DNA of 20,163 bases from Archangiaceae bacterium (GTDB lineage Bacteria; Myxococcota; Myxococcia; Myxococcales; Myxococcaceae). Positions 18,156-20,163 of this stretch are shown in pieces. The notes beneath the pieces were generated by a model. It searched no databases, was not told where the DNA came from, and saw only the letters and a list, made by a program, of their open reading frames with translations. Every line of letters begins with the position of its first letter. The stretch's first letter is position 1. Location of the stretch: the NCBI GenBank assembly GCA_043750125.1, contig JAYVCD010000141.1, forward strand, positions 1 through 20,163. The letters run 5' to 3'. Made by a program: the position numbers and the translations under genes.

Positions 18156-19331
18156 TTAGAGCCAATCGTTAGATTTCATAGATGAATAGACTGCGGCAAA
18201 AAAAGCATCGGTGCCGTGCCGATGGGGCCAGCAGCGCAAGTAGCCCTGGGGGTCGAGCAGCTGGGGATCAAGCTGGGGGCGCACCCGGAGAAGCTCAGGG
18301 TGATCGCGCTCGAAGTGGCTGACGAGGTCCTCGTTCTCTTCCGGCCGAAAAGTGCAGGTGGCGTAGACGAGCCGGCCTCCGGGCGCGAGGTGCACAAGCG
18401 CAGTCTCGAGCAAAGCGCGCTGAGTGGTGGCCAGGGCGGGGAAGGTCGCAGGGTCGAGGCGCCAACGCAGGTCGGGCCCACGTCGCAGCGCGCCGAGCTC
18501 GGAGCAGGGGGCGTCGACGAGGACGCGGGCGACACGAAGAGCGGGAGGCAGCGTCCTGCCGTGGATGTAGATGCAGGTGGCTCCGGCGCGGGTGGCGCGG
18601 GTCCGAAGCCGTTCGAGGCGAGCGAGATCTGTATCCGCGGCGTGCACCCTGCCCCGGTTTCGCAGCTGAGCGGCGAGCTGCAGGGTCTTGCCCCCGGCAC
18701 CTGCGCAGAGGTCGAGGACTTCGTCATCGGGTTGGGCGGCGACGAGCTCGCCCAGCAGCTGGCTTCCTTCGTCTTGCACTTCGAAGAGCGCTTCGTTCCA
18801 GGCTCGCAGGCCGTAGAGGTTGGGGCGATGGGAGGTGATGACCAGGCAGTCGGCGGCAAACTTTCCGGCAACGGTTTGAACCCCTTCGTCGGCGAGCCGC
18901 GCCGCCAGGGCATCGCGGGTGATGCGGGGGGTGTTGGCGCGCAAACAGATGGGGCCTGGGACGTTGAGCGCGTCGCTGAAGGCTTCGGCGTCGTCGCCGG
19001 TGGTGCGAAGAACGATTTCCGCGAGCCAATCGGGAAGCGAGAAGCGGTCGGCAAAAGCTTCCGGTTCGGGGTGGCCGGCAATCAGTCGGTGCAGTCGCTG
19101 GAGTCCGCTTCCCGTTCCGAGTCGTCGACGCCAGAGGCCGACTCCGAAAATGGCCTCGGCGATCGCGGCGCGTTGATCTGCGGTCGCGTCGCGGTGCTTG
19201 CGCAAGAGCTTGTCGAGGACGCGGTCGGCGGGTTTGCCTGCGAGCACATCGTCGAGTGCGGGGCCCAGCGCGTCCTCGAAGCCGACCAGCGCGGACCAGG
19301 GGACGGAATGGAGGCGCTCGAGGCTCTTCAC
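18156..19331 (-). CDS. RsmB/NOP2-family SAM-dependent RNA (cytosine-C5) methyltransferase
   Basis: LRAN, EVQDEGSQL, VLDLCAGAGGKT, VLVDAPCS, LVYATCT..EENE, GTDAFFAA. Confidence 0.92.
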   Translation of the reverse strand: MKSLERLHSVPWSALVGFEDALGPALDDVLAGKPADRVLDKLLRKHRDATADQRAAIAEAIFGVGLWRRRLGTGSGLQRLHRLIAGHPEPEAFADRFSLPDWLAEIVLRTTGDDAEAFSDALNVPGPICLRANTPRITRDALAARLADEGVQTVAGKFAADCLVITSHRPNLYGLRAWNEALFEVQDEGSQLLGELVAAQPDDEVLDLCAGAGGKTLQLAAQLRNRGRVHAADTDLARLERLRTRATRAGATCIYIHGRTLPPALRVARVLVDAPCSELGALRRGPDLRWRLDPATFPALATTQRALLETALVHLAPGGRLVYATCTFRPEENEDLVSHFERDHPELLRVRPQLDPQLLDPQGYLRCWPHRHGTDAFFAAVYSSMKSNDWL

Positions 19332-19921
19332 GTGGGCTCGAGGGCGCGAGAGACGTTGGCGCGGGCCGCAGCCTCGAGGCGGGTTCGGAAGAAGTCGCTG
19401 AGGAAAATCGTGGGGGACGCGAGAAGTCGGCTGAGGAAGCCTCGGCGCCCGAGCGCGTAGAGGTTGGACTCGACGTGGGCGTACTCTTCGCGAATGGCCG
19501 AGTGGTAGCGATCGAAAACTTCGGGAGCTGCACCGAGGATTGCCATGTCGCAGTCGAGGAAGAGCGCGGCCTCGGGGTCGACCTCAGAGGGCGTCAGCGA
19601 GCCGTGACGGGCGGTGAGGAGAATCAGCTCGGCGATGCGTGCGGTGTCGAGCTGCTGCCGGGGAAGGTGCTGGTCCAGCAGGTTCAGCGCCAGCTGGGCG
19701 CTCTTCTCTTCATTGTCTTTGTGACCCGGGACGCAGATTGCATCGTGAAAGAGAATGGCGATGAAGACCTCGCGGGGTTTCTTCCAGCCCGGGCCCTTCA
19801 CGACTTCCTGGTACCACTGCTCGACGTCTTCGACGTGGCTCCACGCGTGGTAAGCGCGAGGCGGATTGCGGTAGGCCAGATGAATGGCAGCAAGCAGCGA
19901 CGCAGGAAAGTCGAAGACCAT
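19328..19921 (-). CDS. Predicted metal-dependent HD-superfamily phosphohydrolase (COG4339-like)
   Basis: RAYHAWSHV, FHDAIC...NEEKSA, FLDCDMAILG, IREEYAHV, ARANV. 4-nt overlap (GTGA) with the RsmB-like gene. Confidence 0.85.
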   Translation of the reverse strand: MVFDFPASLLAAIHLAYRNPPRAYHAWSHVEDVEQWYQEVVKGPGWKKPREVFIAILFHDAICVPGHKDNEEKSAQLALNLLDQHLPRQQLDTARIAELILLTARHGSLTPSEVDPEAALFLDCDMAILGAAPEVFDRYHSAIREEYAHVESNLYALGRRGFLSRLLASPTIFLSDFFRTRLEAAARANVSRALEPT

Positions 19922-19960
19922 GGAGGCGAGGGATGGGTGATGATCCGATGCGGCGGATCA

Positions 19961-19996
19961 TTGACTTTATTTCAGGCACGCCTTATCTGCCGCGCT
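19961..19996 (+). promoter_or_regulatory. Putative sigma70 promoter of tRNA-Asn with GC-rich discriminator
   Basis: TTGACT (19961-19966), 17-nt spacer, TATCTG (19984-19989), then CCGCGC, just upstream of the tRNA. Confidence 0.55.
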
Positions 19997-20000
19997 TCAT

Positions 20001-20073
20001 TCCCTGATAGCTCAGCTGGTAGAGCGGGTGACTGTTAATCACCATGTCCGTGGTTCGAGTCCACGTCAGGGAG
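20001..20073 (+). tRNA. tRNA-Asn (GTT), CCA not encoded
   Basis: Acceptor TCCCTGA/TCAGGGA, D arm GCTC/GAGC, anticodon stem GGTGA/TCACC with loop CT-GTT-AA (anticodon 20034-20036), T arm CGTGG-TTCGAGT-CCACG, discriminator G. Confidence 0.98.
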
Positions 20074-20080
20074 CAGACAG

Positions 20081-20134
20081 GGGTCGGAAGTAAGAACCAC
20101 GGTTTCGTGGCCTGCTTCCGACCCTTTTCCTTCT
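20081..20134 (+). terminator. Rho-independent terminator-like hairpin after tRNA-Asn
   Basis: GGGTCGGAAG (20081-20090) pairs with CTTCCGACCC (20115-20124). Inner stem CCACG/CGTGG. Followed by TTTTCCTTCT. Confidence 0.75.
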
Positions 20135-20163
20135 CCAGCCGCCATCAGTGACGCCACGCTCGA

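Noticed and set aside
18153-18162. GTTTTAGAGC, matching the start of type II-A CRISPR repeats
   Set aside because: Single 10-nt copy with no repeat-spacer periodicity and no cas genes; it overlaps the RsmB stop codon.
16939-19533. Alternative long ORFs (16939-18060 -, 18176-19081 -, 18216-19460 +, 18724-19533 -)
   Set aside because: Arg/Pro/Ser-rich or antisense frames overlapping better-supported genes.

Overview
A GC-rich myxobacterial (Myxococcota-like) chromosomal window with five blocks. (1) 1-9079, + strand: a Glt/Nfs-family trans-envelope operon (partial probable GltC-like gene, GltD/AgmU-like TPR protein, GltE/AglT-like TPR lipoprotein, GltF-like small protein, GltG/PglI-like TonB-C protein). 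It is followed by a coiled-coil protein and a stand-alone cNMP-binding protein. (2) 9337-11826, + strand, with its own sigma70-like promoter: a secreted 2-Cys helical protein, an outer-membrane beta-barrel and a short OPX/Wza lipoprotein lacking the OM-spanning helix. The last two look like a composite OPX/beta-barrel polysaccharide translocon, with no biosynthesis genes in the window. (3) 16631-11823, - strand: LD-carboxypeptidase, a cytoplasmic beta-lactamase-like serine hydrolase, mpl, a TlpA lipoprotein and a suhB-like gene (a peptidoglycan-recycling-type operon). (4) Two hypothetical genes, an RsmB/NOP methyltransferase and an HD-superfamily protein. (5) tRNA-Asn(GTT) with promoter and terminator. 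No mobile elements or CRISPR arrays were seen. The most interesting feature is the pairing of a non-canonical Glt paralogue cluster with an orphan polysaccharide export pore. All family calls come from motif recognition by eye; no database searches were run.
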